Position numbers and translations under genes: made by a program. 64,000 nt of DNA from a virus. The notes under the pieces were generated by a model, which made no database searches, was not told the origin of the DNA, and worked only from the letters and a program-made list of their open reading frames with translations. The stretch is taken from positions 1-64,000 of the IMG/VR virus record IMGVR_UViG_3300020045_020105; one strand, 5' to 3'. Of the stretch, positions 50,434 through 60,437 are shown in pieces (position 1 is the first letter of the stretch; every line of letters starts with the position of its first letter).

Positions 50434-52204
50434 ATGGGACAGACTACCAAAGTAAAACCAACCAAATTAAAACCAGATTTAGGTTACTACGGTTGTAGTG
50501 GATCGTATTTAGCCAAAAGAGCTAAAAAACAACTCAAGAGCAAGAAAATTGTAAGTCCTGACCTAAGTAAATTGGTTAGGGTTCAAGTTGAAAAAGGTTT
50601 GTGGAAATATTTAACACCTGAAAAAGCATTAAATTATGATATCGTTTACTAATGACGATCATCCCAATTTCCATATAAATATAGAAAAGGGAGCGTTTCA
50701 GATTGTAGTATCACTTAATATTGAACCAAAAATGATCCCTTTCCTACCAAAGGAATATGTATTTAAGAGTGATAAATTTTATACCTTAGTTTATAAATCA
50801 AAAGTAGAAGGATTTATTTCAGAAGAAACAATACTTTCACTTGCAAATACAATGATGAAAGCTTTACAAATAAAATGTAGAGAAGCAAAAGCAGAAGCAC
50901 TTAGAGCAGAAATTAAATCAGTAGCAAATAAAACAACATTTAAACCAAAACAAACTCAATTTACATTTTAAATAAGATCGTTATGAAAAAGAATCAAGTT
51001 AATATCAACGGAACACTTAAGAAACTTCCTACATTTTGGGATGGTTGGACTTTTTTATTCTTATTTTGTACAGGATTTTGGACACTCTGGTTATTTGGAG
51101 ATATTCCCTTAAGATGGTGTTGGGGTGTATTAACTAATCTCTTAAATTAAGTAATATGCCAAAATCTATTGCAGAATGGGTTGCAATAATATTTTTACTC
51201 TTATGCCTTTATAACGTAGGTAAAAAATCATATAAATCACACCTAGATAAAAAGGAACTTAAGAAGTATAATAAATATAGAGAAAAATTTGATAAAAATT
51301 TAAAAGATGATCCAAACACCTAAAGAAATCCTTGAGCAAATGATTAAAAATCATGGGTATAAAGGGATAAAAATTGAAGGTGGTAACGAACATTATAAAA
51401 TCTGGACTATCATTGATGAAATAAGTATTCCAGAAGTAATTTATAATTATATAATGAAAAACTATAATGTAGTATTAGGTAGCTCAAACTATTTAGTATT
51501 TCATGAGTACCCCCATATTTCACAAGAAATGTTTAAATTACAAAATCAAACTATAACAATATGAAAACTAAGAAATACCCATTTATTATGGTAATAAAGT
51601 ACAAAGAAGGTACTTCTACTTGGGAAGAAAACTTATCTATTGATGAAGTTAAAGGTCAAAAACTTAAGGCTAAGGAAAGACTTGAAATAGCTCAATCTAA
51701 AGCAAAAGAAATTATTGAATTCTTCAATAAAACCTTAAAGGAAAGTGAAAAAGAAAGGGAAGTAGTTGAAGTAAAAACAGTAAAAGCAGTAAAAACAGTA
51801 AAAGCAAAAGGTAAAGATATTAACTGGATGATTATGAATGATTTTATTAATAGGAGATTTTAATCATGAATAAGCCAATTTTAATTATCCGATGTCCCAA
51901 TATGTTTCCTAATGAAGCTCTAGATGGGATTGTAGAAAATGTTAAACAATCAAAATTAGCAGAAACTCATCATCCTATAGTAATAAGAGGAACTGGTAAG
52001 GAATTTGAATTCTCTCTTTTAACTTCTAAAGAAGAAGATTTTTTAATGTTAAATGTAGAACTATTTGAGCAAATGGTTCATATGGGAGGTGAGTCTATCG
52101 AAGGACTTATGGATTTAAAAACCAAGATTGATGCGATTAATGCTTGGGCAGACAATAATAAACCAAACGGAGACGAGTTCTTAAAAACACTATTATCAAA
52201 GTAA
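50434..52204 (+). other. Run of small hypothetical ORFs (50434-50652, 50636-50971, 50983-51150, 51156-51323, 51307-51564, 51561-51863, 51866-52204)
   Basis: Tightly packed + strand ORFs. 50983 and 51156 encode 55-aa hydrophobic peptides absent from the track. Confidence 0.5.
51771..51806 (+). repeat. Exact 18-bp tandem duplication (VKTVKA x2)
   Basis: GTAAAAACAGTAAAAGCA occurs twice. Confidence 0.85.
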
Positions 52205-52208
52205 AATA

Positions 52209-52679
52209 ATGAGTGACTTTCAAATGATGGTTTTTGCAAAAAGACCAGTCTTACTTAAAAATGCCATGATTCTACTTCAAAATAAAGAAGAAGCAGAGGA
52301 TTTGGTAGGCGATTCATTATTAAGAGCATTAGAGAAAGAACACTTATTTAAAAAGGGTACTAATTTAAATGCTTGGTTATTTACAATTCAAAGAAATACT
52401 TTTATAAATAAATATCGCAAAGAGAAAAAATCGATAAAAACAAACGAAATCACAGATAAGCAGCATCCATTTTCAATAGATTCCATAGAAAATACAATGC
52501 TCTTAAAGCAAGTAGTTAATCTAATCAATAATCACTCCAATTCAAACTGGAGAGAAGCAATAATGCTAGTATCAAGTGGTTATGAATATCACGAAATAGC
52601 AGAAAAACTAGATATACCAATCGGAACAGTAAAGAGTAGAGTACATTTAATGCGTAAATATTTAAATAAAAATATATGA
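52209..52679 (+). CDS. ECF-type RNA polymerase sigma factor
   Basis: EAEDLV.D..LRAL, AWLFTI.RNTFIN.YRK, GYEYHEIAEKLDIPIGTVKSR. Confidence 0.9.
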   Translation: MSDFQMMVFAKRPVLLKNAMILLQNKEEAEDLVGDSLLRALEKEHLFKKGTNLNAWLFTIQRNTFINKYRKEKKSIKTNEITDKQHPFSIDSIENTMLLKQVVNLINNHSNSNWREAIMLVSSGYEYHEIAEKLDIPIGTVKSRVHLMRKYLNKNI

Positions 52680-52804
52680 AAAACAAATACTATTTAATAT
52701 TGCTAATCGCAATCCTCTTTATATCTTGTAAAACAACCTTACAACAAACGAAGGAGTACAAGAATTACCCACAAAACACAGATTGGAAAATACGTAAATT
52801 ATAA
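52676..52804 (+). CDS. 42-aa predicted lipoprotein (not in ORF track)
   Basis: MKNKYYLILLIAILFIS|C lipobox; overlaps the sigma stop codon (ATGA). Confidence 0.5.
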   Translation: MKNKYYLILLIAILFISCKTTLQQTKEYKNYPQNTDWKIRKL

Positions 52805-52808
52805 TATA

Positions 52809-54055
52809 ATGAGAAAGTTTAAATTACTTAAGAAATATCCTGCTTTACCAATCAATTGGGAAAGTGGTTTAGAAATAGTATTTAAGGGGAATAATTGGTA
52901 TATGCCAGAGGATAAATCTATCACCCAGAAATCTATTCATTCTGAGGAAGTCGAAAACTATCCTGAATTTTGGGAAGAAGTAACACCACCAACTTACGAA
53001 ATACTTGAATTTCAAGACATTCCAGGAAATAGGTATTATAAGCAATCAAATGGTAGATTTACAATCAACACTACTTATGAGTATGATTTAGAAGAAATGA
53101 TTGCAAATAATTACTCAATTACCAGAATAAAGAGATTGAGTGATGGAGAGATTGTTCAGCAAGGGGATATTATCGGAAAAGAGGGAGTAGCTCAAAGATG
53201 TAAAATACACAAGATAACCCCAATGAATATTATCTTGACTACAGAAATTATTGCGAATATTGAAGATTTAAAACCTTATTGCGTAAGAAATGATAAGGAA
53301 TAAACAACATATTGGAGTATTAGGATGTGGACCTAGTTGCATAGGATCCGCAGTCTTACACGCTCTAGAAGCTAGAGGACACTCCGTGGAATTCATTACA
53401 AAGGATGATCTAATCGAAAATGTAGAATCCATAAAACAAAAATTAATTATCATTGGACAACCTGAAGAAGCAATAGTTGCAAATCACTTAAAATTAGCCA
53501 ACGAAAGAAGCATCCTAATAAATCGCTTACAAATACCTTTCCACTATGAAAATAGGAGAGAACGCAGAGCAAAAGAACGTAAAAACAAAAAACGATAATT
53601 ATGCCAATTTATAAAGCAGAAGCTAGAATAACCAAAGTGTTGCTTAAGGCAGCACCAGAGCACTTAACAGAAGAACGTATTTGCAGGGACTTTGCCAAAA
53701 TGATTGTAAAGGATATGCCTATCGAAGATCTTAAGCAATTGTTCAACTTCAAAGTAATCGACCCAGAAAACAAAGAAACTAAGAAGGAACCGATGAACCC
53801 AGAAACTCCCGAATGGAGAACATCTCAAATACTCCAACTATGGCACGATAAAGTAGTATTATACGAAGCAAATATTTTAATACCGTAATGGAGAGGATTA
53901 ATCAAAAAGTCAAAGAATTAAAAGCACAATTCGGAGACAATGCAAAATATGTAGTATTAGAAATAATGGACGAAATAAAGAAGTTTGATTATGGACATCC
54001 AATTTTACTCAGTACTCGATTAGATTTTTGGAAGATAGTAAAAGAAAAATTATAA
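52809..54055 (+). other. Small hypothetical ORFs (52809-53303, 53290-53598, 53601-53888, 53888-54055)
   Basis: Coupled ORFs. Confidence 0.5.
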
Positions 54056-54064
54056 AACAATATT

Positions 54065-54199
54065 ATGAAAATAGATTACACAACACTCCGAATTAATATC
54101 CAAGTAGTAAAAGATATGGTTGGTAGTCTATATACTTGTCACAGGTGTTTGGGTGGAAATTGTCACCCACAAACTTGCAATTGTTGGTGCCATAATTAA
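54065..54199 (+). CDS. 44-aa Cys/His-rich microprotein (not in ORF track)
   Basis: ...CHRCLGGNCHPQTCNCWCHN. Confidence 0.5.
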   Translation: MKIDYTTLRINIQVVKDMVGSLYTCHRCLGGNCHPQTCNCWCHN

Positions 54200-54209
54200 A
54201 AAACTAGTG

Positions 54210-54827
54210 ATGAAAATAATACATTACATCAGTCCAAGAGCTTGCGGTAAAACAACTGCAGCCAAAGAAATGCAAATGGAAGACCCTGAGGGAGTATTGC
54301 TATTTACACATTCGAAACGTGATGGATGGAATTGGGGAGAAAATGAGAGGGTCCCTAGTAGATTACGTAAGAAATGGAATAAAATAATTCTCGATGAGTA
54401 TATTTTACAATACAACTCATTAGGTTCTCCTAGTGAGAAAGATCGATTTATTTCGTGGCTTTATCAAGTTATAATACCGTCGATTAAAGACGATGGTGAA
54501 TTAGTATTGATTTCTACACCGGATAAAATATATTCGCAGGAACTGATGTTATTGGCTTTAATTCAACAAGAAAACCCTGCAATATTACGATTAGCTAATC
54601 GTGAAGATATTGATGTAAAAGGAATAAATAATCAAATTCAAGAGTTATATCGTAAGTTTTTGATTCCATCGAGAGAGGATGCTAAAAATAAGATTGAGGT
54701 TGTGAAGAAGGATTTTGGGTATAATCTAAATTTGAGAGAACGATCTAAATTTCAATTTTGTTATGAACTTGGGAAACAAAGATATCACATTGATTGTTTA
54801 GGTGAGTATATACTTAAAATTGAGTAG
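54210..54827 (+). CDS. Small P-loop NTPase
   Basis: SPRACGKTT, IILDE, LISTP; ATG 54210. Confidence 0.6.
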   Translation: MKIIHYISPRACGKTTAAKEMQMEDPEGVLLFTHSKRDGWNWGENERVPSRLRKKWNKIILDEYILQYNSLGSPSEKDRFISWLYQVIIPSIKDDGELVLISTPDKIYSQELMLLALIQQENPAILRLANREDIDVKGINNQIQELYRKFLIPSREDAKNKIEVVKKDFGYNLNLRERSKFQFCYELGKQRYHIDCLGEYILKIE

Positions 54828-54949
54828 ATACCTGTGGCCTATGGGTACGTACTTGATTATATACCAATCAAGTAATGCTCAAGCTATTAATCAAATAACT
54901 ATACTGATTAAATATTAATCAAAATACTGATTATAAAATAAACAAAACT

Positions 54950-55465
54950 ATGAGCTCAAAACTATTTATTTGTGGAATGATTTGTAAAGCCGAAGCAATG
55001 ACTTTAGGTGATTACAATAAAGAACTTGGTGATTATTTCCCAGTAGAAGAGGAAAGTATTGATGGTTATAAAATATCGGAACCAGGTAAAGAAACTCGTT
55101 GGATTGAAAAACAAACATTTGACGAAATTTATTTTCCAATGGATGAAGCAACTAAGCAAATGGTTGTTGAAGAATTTTTGGATGGTGAATGGCAACCAAT
55201 TCTTAAAATAAACCCAATTTCAGAAGAAGATATCAAACAATTTAAACTTGATTGGATGGAAATATCTGGTAAAGTTATGTCTGCTCTTGAAGAACAAATT
55301 ATTGAAGGAATTCCTAAAGTAGTTTGTGATTGTGGGAAGGATGAAGTTTGTGGAAATTGTGAATGTATTTATGAACCAGATCAAGAAGCTCTTGATTTAC
55401 ACTTTCAATCACTTCAAGACGAAGCAATAGATAATCAACATTATGGAAACTTTGATCCTATATAA
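54950..55465 (+). CDS. Hypothetical phage protein
   Basis: KAEAMT.G.Y...DGY......W..K..F...Y N-terminal domain; C-terminal Cys cluster. Confidence 0.5.
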   Translation: MSSKLFICGMICKAEAMTLGDYNKELGDYFPVEEESIDGYKISEPGKETRWIEKQTFDEIYFPMDEATKQMVVEEFLDGEWQPILKINPISEEDIKQFKLDWMEISGKVMSALEEQIIEGIPKVVCDCGKDEVCGNCECIYEPDQEALDLHFQSLQDEAIDNQHYGNFDPI

Positions 55466-55499
55466 TACTAAGAAGTAACTGCTCATTACTTATATTAGA

Positions 55500-55549
55500 A
55501 AAATCTCCGAATTCTCGTATTGAAAATTCGGAGATTTTCTTTATCTTTG
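55500..55549 (+). promoter_or_regulatory. Class B promoter overlapped by a 14-bp perfect inverted repeat
   Basis: AAAATCTCCGAATT-N11-AATTCGGAGATTTT; TTG at 55520; TATCTTTG at 55542-55549. Confidence 0.7.
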
Positions 55550-55590
55550 TATTTGAAAGAAGGATTGTAAATAACGAATAAATTAAAATA

Positions 55591-56317
55591 ATGGAAACAC
55601 CAGAAATCAAACTTGTACCTTCTGCTCCTTTTCTAAAATACTCAGGTAAATTAGTAAATGCACTACTTAAACAAAAACAATCATCATACAAGAACTTATA
55701 CGAAAGTGATTGTAAAATTCACATTATTGTGGAAGATGGTGTTTTATTCTGTGACGAATTTAAGGATTTTTTAATTGGTGGAACTTATGAGGTAACTCGT
55801 ATCAATACCAAGTATCTATCACTTAGATTTAAAAAACGTAATTATACGAGAGTACTTGTGAACAAACACATTACTTATACAATCGAACCAATTATCGAAG
55901 CTTAGTTATGGAAAGACCAATAGGAGATAAGTTTGAAGTGGAAAATGGAAAGATACTTCAAGTTGTAGAAAAGATTGGATGTGACTTATGTTTCTTTAAT
56001 GATACTGATGATTGTTCTCAAGATTCTATCTTTAAAAACAGAGGACAGTGTTATTTTGTAGGCAGAAAAGATTTAAAATCAGTTCAATTTCAACTTGTAA
56101 AAGAATAACCATGTCACAAGAAGACAAAATTAAGTTTATGAAGATGGCTCTCGGTATAATGGGAGTATCTTTAGAAGAGAAAAAACTCGACTATATTATA
56201 TCTATTTATGATTTAATATTGATTAAGAAGGGTGAGACTGATTTAATGGATATTTGTAAGGTAAAATCAGAAGTAGATATAAAACATAAAATAACCATTC
56301 CAATTGTAGAAGTATGA
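55591..56317 (+). other. Small hypothetical ORFs (55591-55905, 55908-56108, about 56111-56317)
   Basis: Coupled ORFs. Confidence 0.5.
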
Positions 56318-57354
56318 GACTAATTCCAGACTGGGAAACACCAAAGAGTACAGTACTCGTATACCCAAGATCAATTAAATCTAACGAAAGTAGTAATGAG
56401 GTATCTCGAGAGGTACTACTTCCATTTTACCATCAATTTATTAAAACAATATTACGAAGTAATCGTAAGATTCAAATTGATTTATTAATTCAACGTTGTG
56501 ATGATGATATTATAAATAACGTAGATCCTTTAACTGATTTAATCCAAACACTTGGAGTACTATCAAATCGTCTCAATCTTCACGTTATGGAATGTGAGGA
56601 TATTTGGGTACGTGATTTCGGACCATTCTCTTGTACTATGGGGACTAATTACAATTTTGGTTTCAAGTTTAAATACAATCCAAGCTATCACAAAGGACAA
56701 GAACCAACTATAGATAATAGTGCAGGGTGGTGTATGAATTTTAAATTTTATCCTAATTCTCCACTTGTTCAATCAAAGAATGAACCAATTACTTGGGATG
56801 GAGGAAACTACACATACAATGGAAACGGTACCTTAATTATTCTTGACTCAATATTTAGAGAGAACCCAAAATGGTCAAAACGTTTATTAATTGAAACCAT
56901 TAAAAATCAGTTTGAACTAGAAGAAGTAATTGTACTACCAACTCAAGTAGACGATGAAATAGGACATATTGATGGAATACTTCGTTTTATCTCACCAACT
57001 GAAATTGCAATCGGTACTTATACACGTAGAGTTGAACCAGAAGGACAGCAATACATAGATAATCTTATCAATCTACTCAAAGATAAGTTCTCAATTCTTG
57101 AAGTACCTTCATATATTGTACCAGATAAACTTGGAAAATCAAGTATCGAATCTGCAGAAGGCTGCTATATTAATTTTTTACGTATTGGAGATACAATTAT
57201 TGTGCCTCAATTCGGTAATTATAGAGACAGAGCGGTAGTAGATATTTTAAAATCAACAGGGCTAAATATTATTCCAACTACTTACACAGAAGATGTAGTT
57301 AAATTAGCTCGATTTGGTGGAGTATTCAATTGTATAACTAACTATATTTATTAG
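56314..57354 (+). CDS. aguA: Agmatine deiminase / peptidylarginine deiminase family
   Basis: PDWE, DIWVRDFGP, DGGN, GHIDG..RF, YINFL, GGVFNCIT. Confidence 0.88.
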   Translation: MRLIPDWETPKSTVLVYPRSIKSNESSNEVSREVLLPFYHQFIKTILRSNRKIQIDLLIQRCDDDIINNVDPLTDLIQTLGVLSNRLNLHVMECEDIWVRDFGPFSCTMGTNYNFGFKFKYNPSYHKGQEPTIDNSAGWCMNFKFYPNSPLVQSKNEPITWDGGNYTYNGNGTLIILDSIFRENPKWSKRLLIETIKNQFELEEVIVLPTQVDDEIGHIDGILRFISPTEIAIGTYTRRVEPEGQQYIDNLINLLKDKFSILEVPSYIVPDKLGKSSIESAEGCYINFLRIGDTIIVPQFGNYRDRAVVDILKSTGLNIIPTTYTEDVVKLARFGGVFNCITNYIY

Positions 57355-57357
57355 TCC

Positions 57358-57657
57358 ATGAATCGTCAAGAAATGCTTTTAATTATACTTCAAGAGGAAC
57401 TTGCAGAGGTAAGTAAAGAAGTAAGTAAAGTGCTTAGATTTGGTAAAGATGAAATTTGTTCAATTCCAAGTATTAACCCAGATAAGTTAACTAATTCACA
57501 AAGAGTAACCCTTGAAGTAGCCGATTTATTTGGTGTTTTAGAAATGTTGAGAGATGAAGGAGTAATAGAATATCCTATGTTATATGATATAAGAAATAAA
57601 AAAAGTAAAGTAGAAATGTATTTAAAAGTTTCGAAAGAACTAAATATTTTAAACTAA
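57358..57657 (+). CDS. MazG-like NTP pyrophosphatase
   Basis: EELAEV...SKVLRFG...EVAD. Confidence 0.7.
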   Translation: MNRQEMLLIILQEELAEVSKEVSKVLRFGKDEICSIPSINPDKLTNSQRVTLEVADLFGVLEMLRDEGVIEYPMLYDIRNKKSKVEMYLKVSKELNILN

Positions 57658-57662
57658 AAACC

Positions 57663-57959
57663 ATGTCACAAAATTACAAACATCGAAAATCAGGTGAAAT
57701 CTACACTGTGATAGATATCAGTGTAATGAATGCTACGAATAAGCAAGCAGGACAACCAATGGTACTCTATCAAAATCAAGACGGAGAGAAATTTGTACGT
57801 GAACATAAAGAGTTCTATAATAAGTTTGAATTGGTACCTATAACTTCAACTAAAGCAATTAATTATTGTGATATTGAAGGAGTTAATGACTGTGATTATT
57901 TAAGATCAGGTAATTTGTGTTCTAATAAAGATTACTGTAAAAACAAAACATCTTTTTAA
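57663..57959 (+). CDS. DUF1653-like protein
   Basis: YKHRK.G..Y.V...MVLY......FVR...EF. Confidence 0.65.
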   Translation: MSQNYKHRKSGEIYTVIDISVMNATNKQAGQPMVLYQNQDGEKFVREHKEFYNKFELVPITSTKAINYCDIEGVNDCDYLRSGNLCSNKDYCKNKTSF

Positions 57960-57961
57960 TT

Positions 57962-58462
57962 ATGAAAACACTACTATTTTTATTTACATTATTATCAATT
58001 AACTGTTTCTCTCAAGGTTTAATGGGACTTTCTGAAAAAGAGTATAAAGAAATATTTCGTTTAAACTTAGATTCAACTGTAATTACATTTGATAATAATA
58101 AATTCACAAAATTATTTGATGAAGCAGACGAAGCATTCTTAAAAGAAGCCGAATTAGCATCAATTAAAGCAGCAGAAGAAGCTGATTCTATTTTTGGTAT
58201 TAAAGAACAACCTTATTTCTATAAGAGTATATGGCTTAGTTGTATTTCTTCATCTAAAAAACAAAATATATTATTGTCTGAGGATGAAGCACTAAACCTA
58301 TATTTAGATGGTTATATGGGTGGACAATTATCTTATTATTACAAAAAAGATTTTAATTATAATCATGCTTTTTCAACTCTAAAGAAGATTAAACGTAACC
58401 TTAGAAAAACAAGGTCACGGAATCAAACATTTAAGAAGAAAGAGAAATTTAACACTTTTTAA
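57962..58462 (+). CDS. Signal-peptide protein
   Basis: MKTLLFLFTLLSINCFS|Q. Confidence 0.55.
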   Translation: MKTLLFLFTLLSINCFSQGLMGLSEKEYKEIFRLNLDSTVITFDNNKFTKLFDEADEAFLKEAELASIKAAEEADSIFGIKEQPYFYKSIWLSCISSSKKQNILLSEDEALNLYLDGYMGGQLSYYYKKDFNYNHAFSTLKKIKRNLRKTRSRNQTFKKKEKFNTF

Positions 58463-58513
58463 CATCCTTTAACAAATCTTTACATCTTTTAACGGAATTC
58501 TTTCGTACATTTG
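58447..58513 (+). promoter_or_regulatory. Class A promoter: 5 x 10-bp repeats (one degenerate) + TACATTTG
   Basis: Repeats 58447-58496; -7 box 58506-58513. Confidence 0.8.
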
Positions 58514-58543
58514 TATAGAAATTAAAAATTAAAACAGATTGTT

Positions 58544-58996
58544 ATGGAGTGTAAAGATTTTAAACTATACCAAGGAGACTTAAAATTAAATATTGGACAA
58601 GAATTAATTCCTGTTTTTGTTTTAAACTCTTCTGATCCTTCTTATCATGTTAGAGTAAAATTAGAGAACGATGTAATTTTATTTTCAGGAGAAATACCAC
58701 TTCACGAATTTTTCTTATCACCAATCCCTATTTTTACTACAGGGAATGTTTTAGTAGGAATTAATTTATCTCATATTCCCAATGGAATAAAAGAATATAG
58801 ATTAGTTAGACAGCACGAAGAAAATAATAAAACACTCAAAAATAACTTTACAAGAGAAGAAATAGCAGGGATACTAAATACTTTTACTTATTATGTAAAA
58901 GATCATTGTATTGCAAATCAACTTGATGAAGAAACTACTGAAATCATTTTAGATAATGATTTTAATCAAGAACAGTGGATAAACCAAAATTTATAA
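58544..58996 (+). CDS. Hypothetical protein
   Basis: AGATTGTTATG start motif. Confidence 0.55.
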   Translation: MECKDFKLYQGDLKLNIGQELIPVFVLNSSDPSYHVRVKLENDVILFSGEIPLHEFFLSPIPIFTTGNVLVGINLSHIPNGIKEYRLVRQHEENNKTLKNNFTREEIAGILNTFTYYVKDHCIANQLDEETTEIILDNDFNQEQWINQNL

Positions 58997-59274
58997 ATAT
59001 AAAAATTATGCCAAGCGAAAAAGAAAAATCGACGAAAGTAGAAGAAATTATTTTTTCTTTAGAGCAACAAGCTCAAGTATCTAACGTCAACTTAATGAAA
59101 GTTGAGAGTATTATAAGAAAGTTATTAGGACCTCAACCAGAAGCACTTCTTGATGCTGAAAAGAAAGCATTACCTTGCGGATATATTGAAGAGATCAAAG
59201 ACAAACTTCTCTCAATCTCTACCACAAACAACATGATCACTAATTTATTGGTACATATTGAGGAGATTATCTAA
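58975..59274 (+). CDS. Hypothetical protein
   Basis: ORF; ATG at 59008 is the likelier start. Confidence 0.45.
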   Translation: MDKPKFINIKIMPSEKEKSTKVEEIIFSLEQQAQVSNVNLMKVESIIRKLLGPQPEALLDAEKKALPCGYIEEIKDKLLSISTTNNMITNLLVHIEEII

Positions 59275-60383
59275 TGAAACAATATTTACAATTACTCCAA
59301 GACATTAAAGATAAAGGTACTTGGAAAGCACCTGCACGTGAAAATTTACCTCGTACCTTATCATTATTCGGTACTTATATGGAGTTCGATATGAAAGACG
59401 GATTCCCATTACTTACAACTAAAGAAGTATACTTCAAGGGAATTGTGGTTGAATTACTGTGGTTCCTTAAAGGTGATACCAATATTAAGTATTTGGTAGA
59501 TAATGGTTGCAATGTGTGGAACAAAGATGCTTACAGGTGGTATTTAAAAACTTGGAACAATTTTGCAGATGAGTTTTGTATGAGTGCTGAGGACGTAGAA
59601 GAACCTTACACATTAGAGGAATTCATTGATAAAATTAAACAAACAGACCCAGATAATCTTGACAATACTTCAATTCCAACGGGATATAAACTTGGAGATC
59701 TTGGTAAAGTATATGGTCACCAATGGAGAGATCAGAACGGTATTGATCAAATTCAAACAGTACTTGATCGTCTTCAATCAGAACCAGAAGGACGTTATGC
59801 TATTCTTGATGCTTGGAACCCTGCAGATTTTGACGAAATGGCGCTTCCGCCTTGCCATTTGCTTTATCAATTCAATTGTAGGGCATTAAATATTAAGGAT
59901 AGAGTAATTGAATACTTCAATCTCTATCCTGATTTTAGAAGTGGAGAAGTAATAGAATTCTTGGGTGAATCAAGTGAAGAAGATATATTAAAAATGTTGG
60001 ATGATACCCAAATTCCAAAATACTACCTTGATCTTCAACTCTATCAACGCTCTTGCGATACACTCTTAGGAGTACCTTTCAATATTGCTTCTGGTGCATT
60101 ACTTCTTCATATTATTGCAAAAATAGTAGGGATGGAGCCAGGGAAATTTATTTGGGTTGGTGGAGATACTCACATTTACGAAAATCATCTTGAAGCAGTT
60201 GAAGAGCAATTAAGTAGAACCCCAACTCGTTTGCCTAAATTGCATATAGTTGACCATAATCATTATAAAGAAGCTATTTTAAACGGCAACTTGGTTTATG
60301 ATGATTTTAGAATGCTTTGCTATGAACCCCAATCAAAAATTAAAGGAGAGCTTAATGTAGGTCTCAAAAAAGATATCAAGTAG
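59274..60383 (+). CDS. thyA: Thymidylate synthase
   Basis: FPLLTTK, ELLWFLKG, YGHQWR, MALPPCH, YQRSCD, GVPFNIAS, DTHIYENH. Confidence 0.96.
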   Translation: MKQYLQLLQDIKDKGTWKAPARENLPRTLSLFGTYMEFDMKDGFPLLTTKEVYFKGIVVELLWFLKGDTNIKYLVDNGCNVWNKDAYRWYLKTWNNFADEFCMSAEDVEEPYTLEEFIDKIKQTDPDNLDNTSIPTGYKLGDLGKVYGHQWRDQNGIDQIQTVLDRLQSEPEGRYAILDAWNPADFDEMALPPCHLLYQFNCRALNIKDRVIEYFNLYPDFRSGEVIEFLGESSEEDILKMLDDTQIPKYYLDLQLYQRSCDTLLGVPFNIASGALLLHIIAKIVGMEPGKFIWVGGDTHIYENHLEAVEEQLSRTPTRLPKLHIVDHNHYKEAILNGNLVYDDFRMLCYEPQSKIKGELNVGLKKDIK

Positions 60384-60437
60384 TTTTTCGTGATTGATTG
60401 GACTGCTTGATTGGTTGTTTTTATAATTCAAAGTCGA

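Noticed and set aside
54950-55465. Anti-defence nucleotide sponge (Tad2/Acb-type)
   Set aside because: The N-terminal pattern recalls a domain often fused to such proteins, but no sponge domain is recognisable without an HMM search.
59274-60383. ThyA as a dCMP/dUMP hydroxymethylase for modified DNA
   Set aside because: Canonical ThyA motifs are intact, including the dUMP-specifying Asn (PFN).
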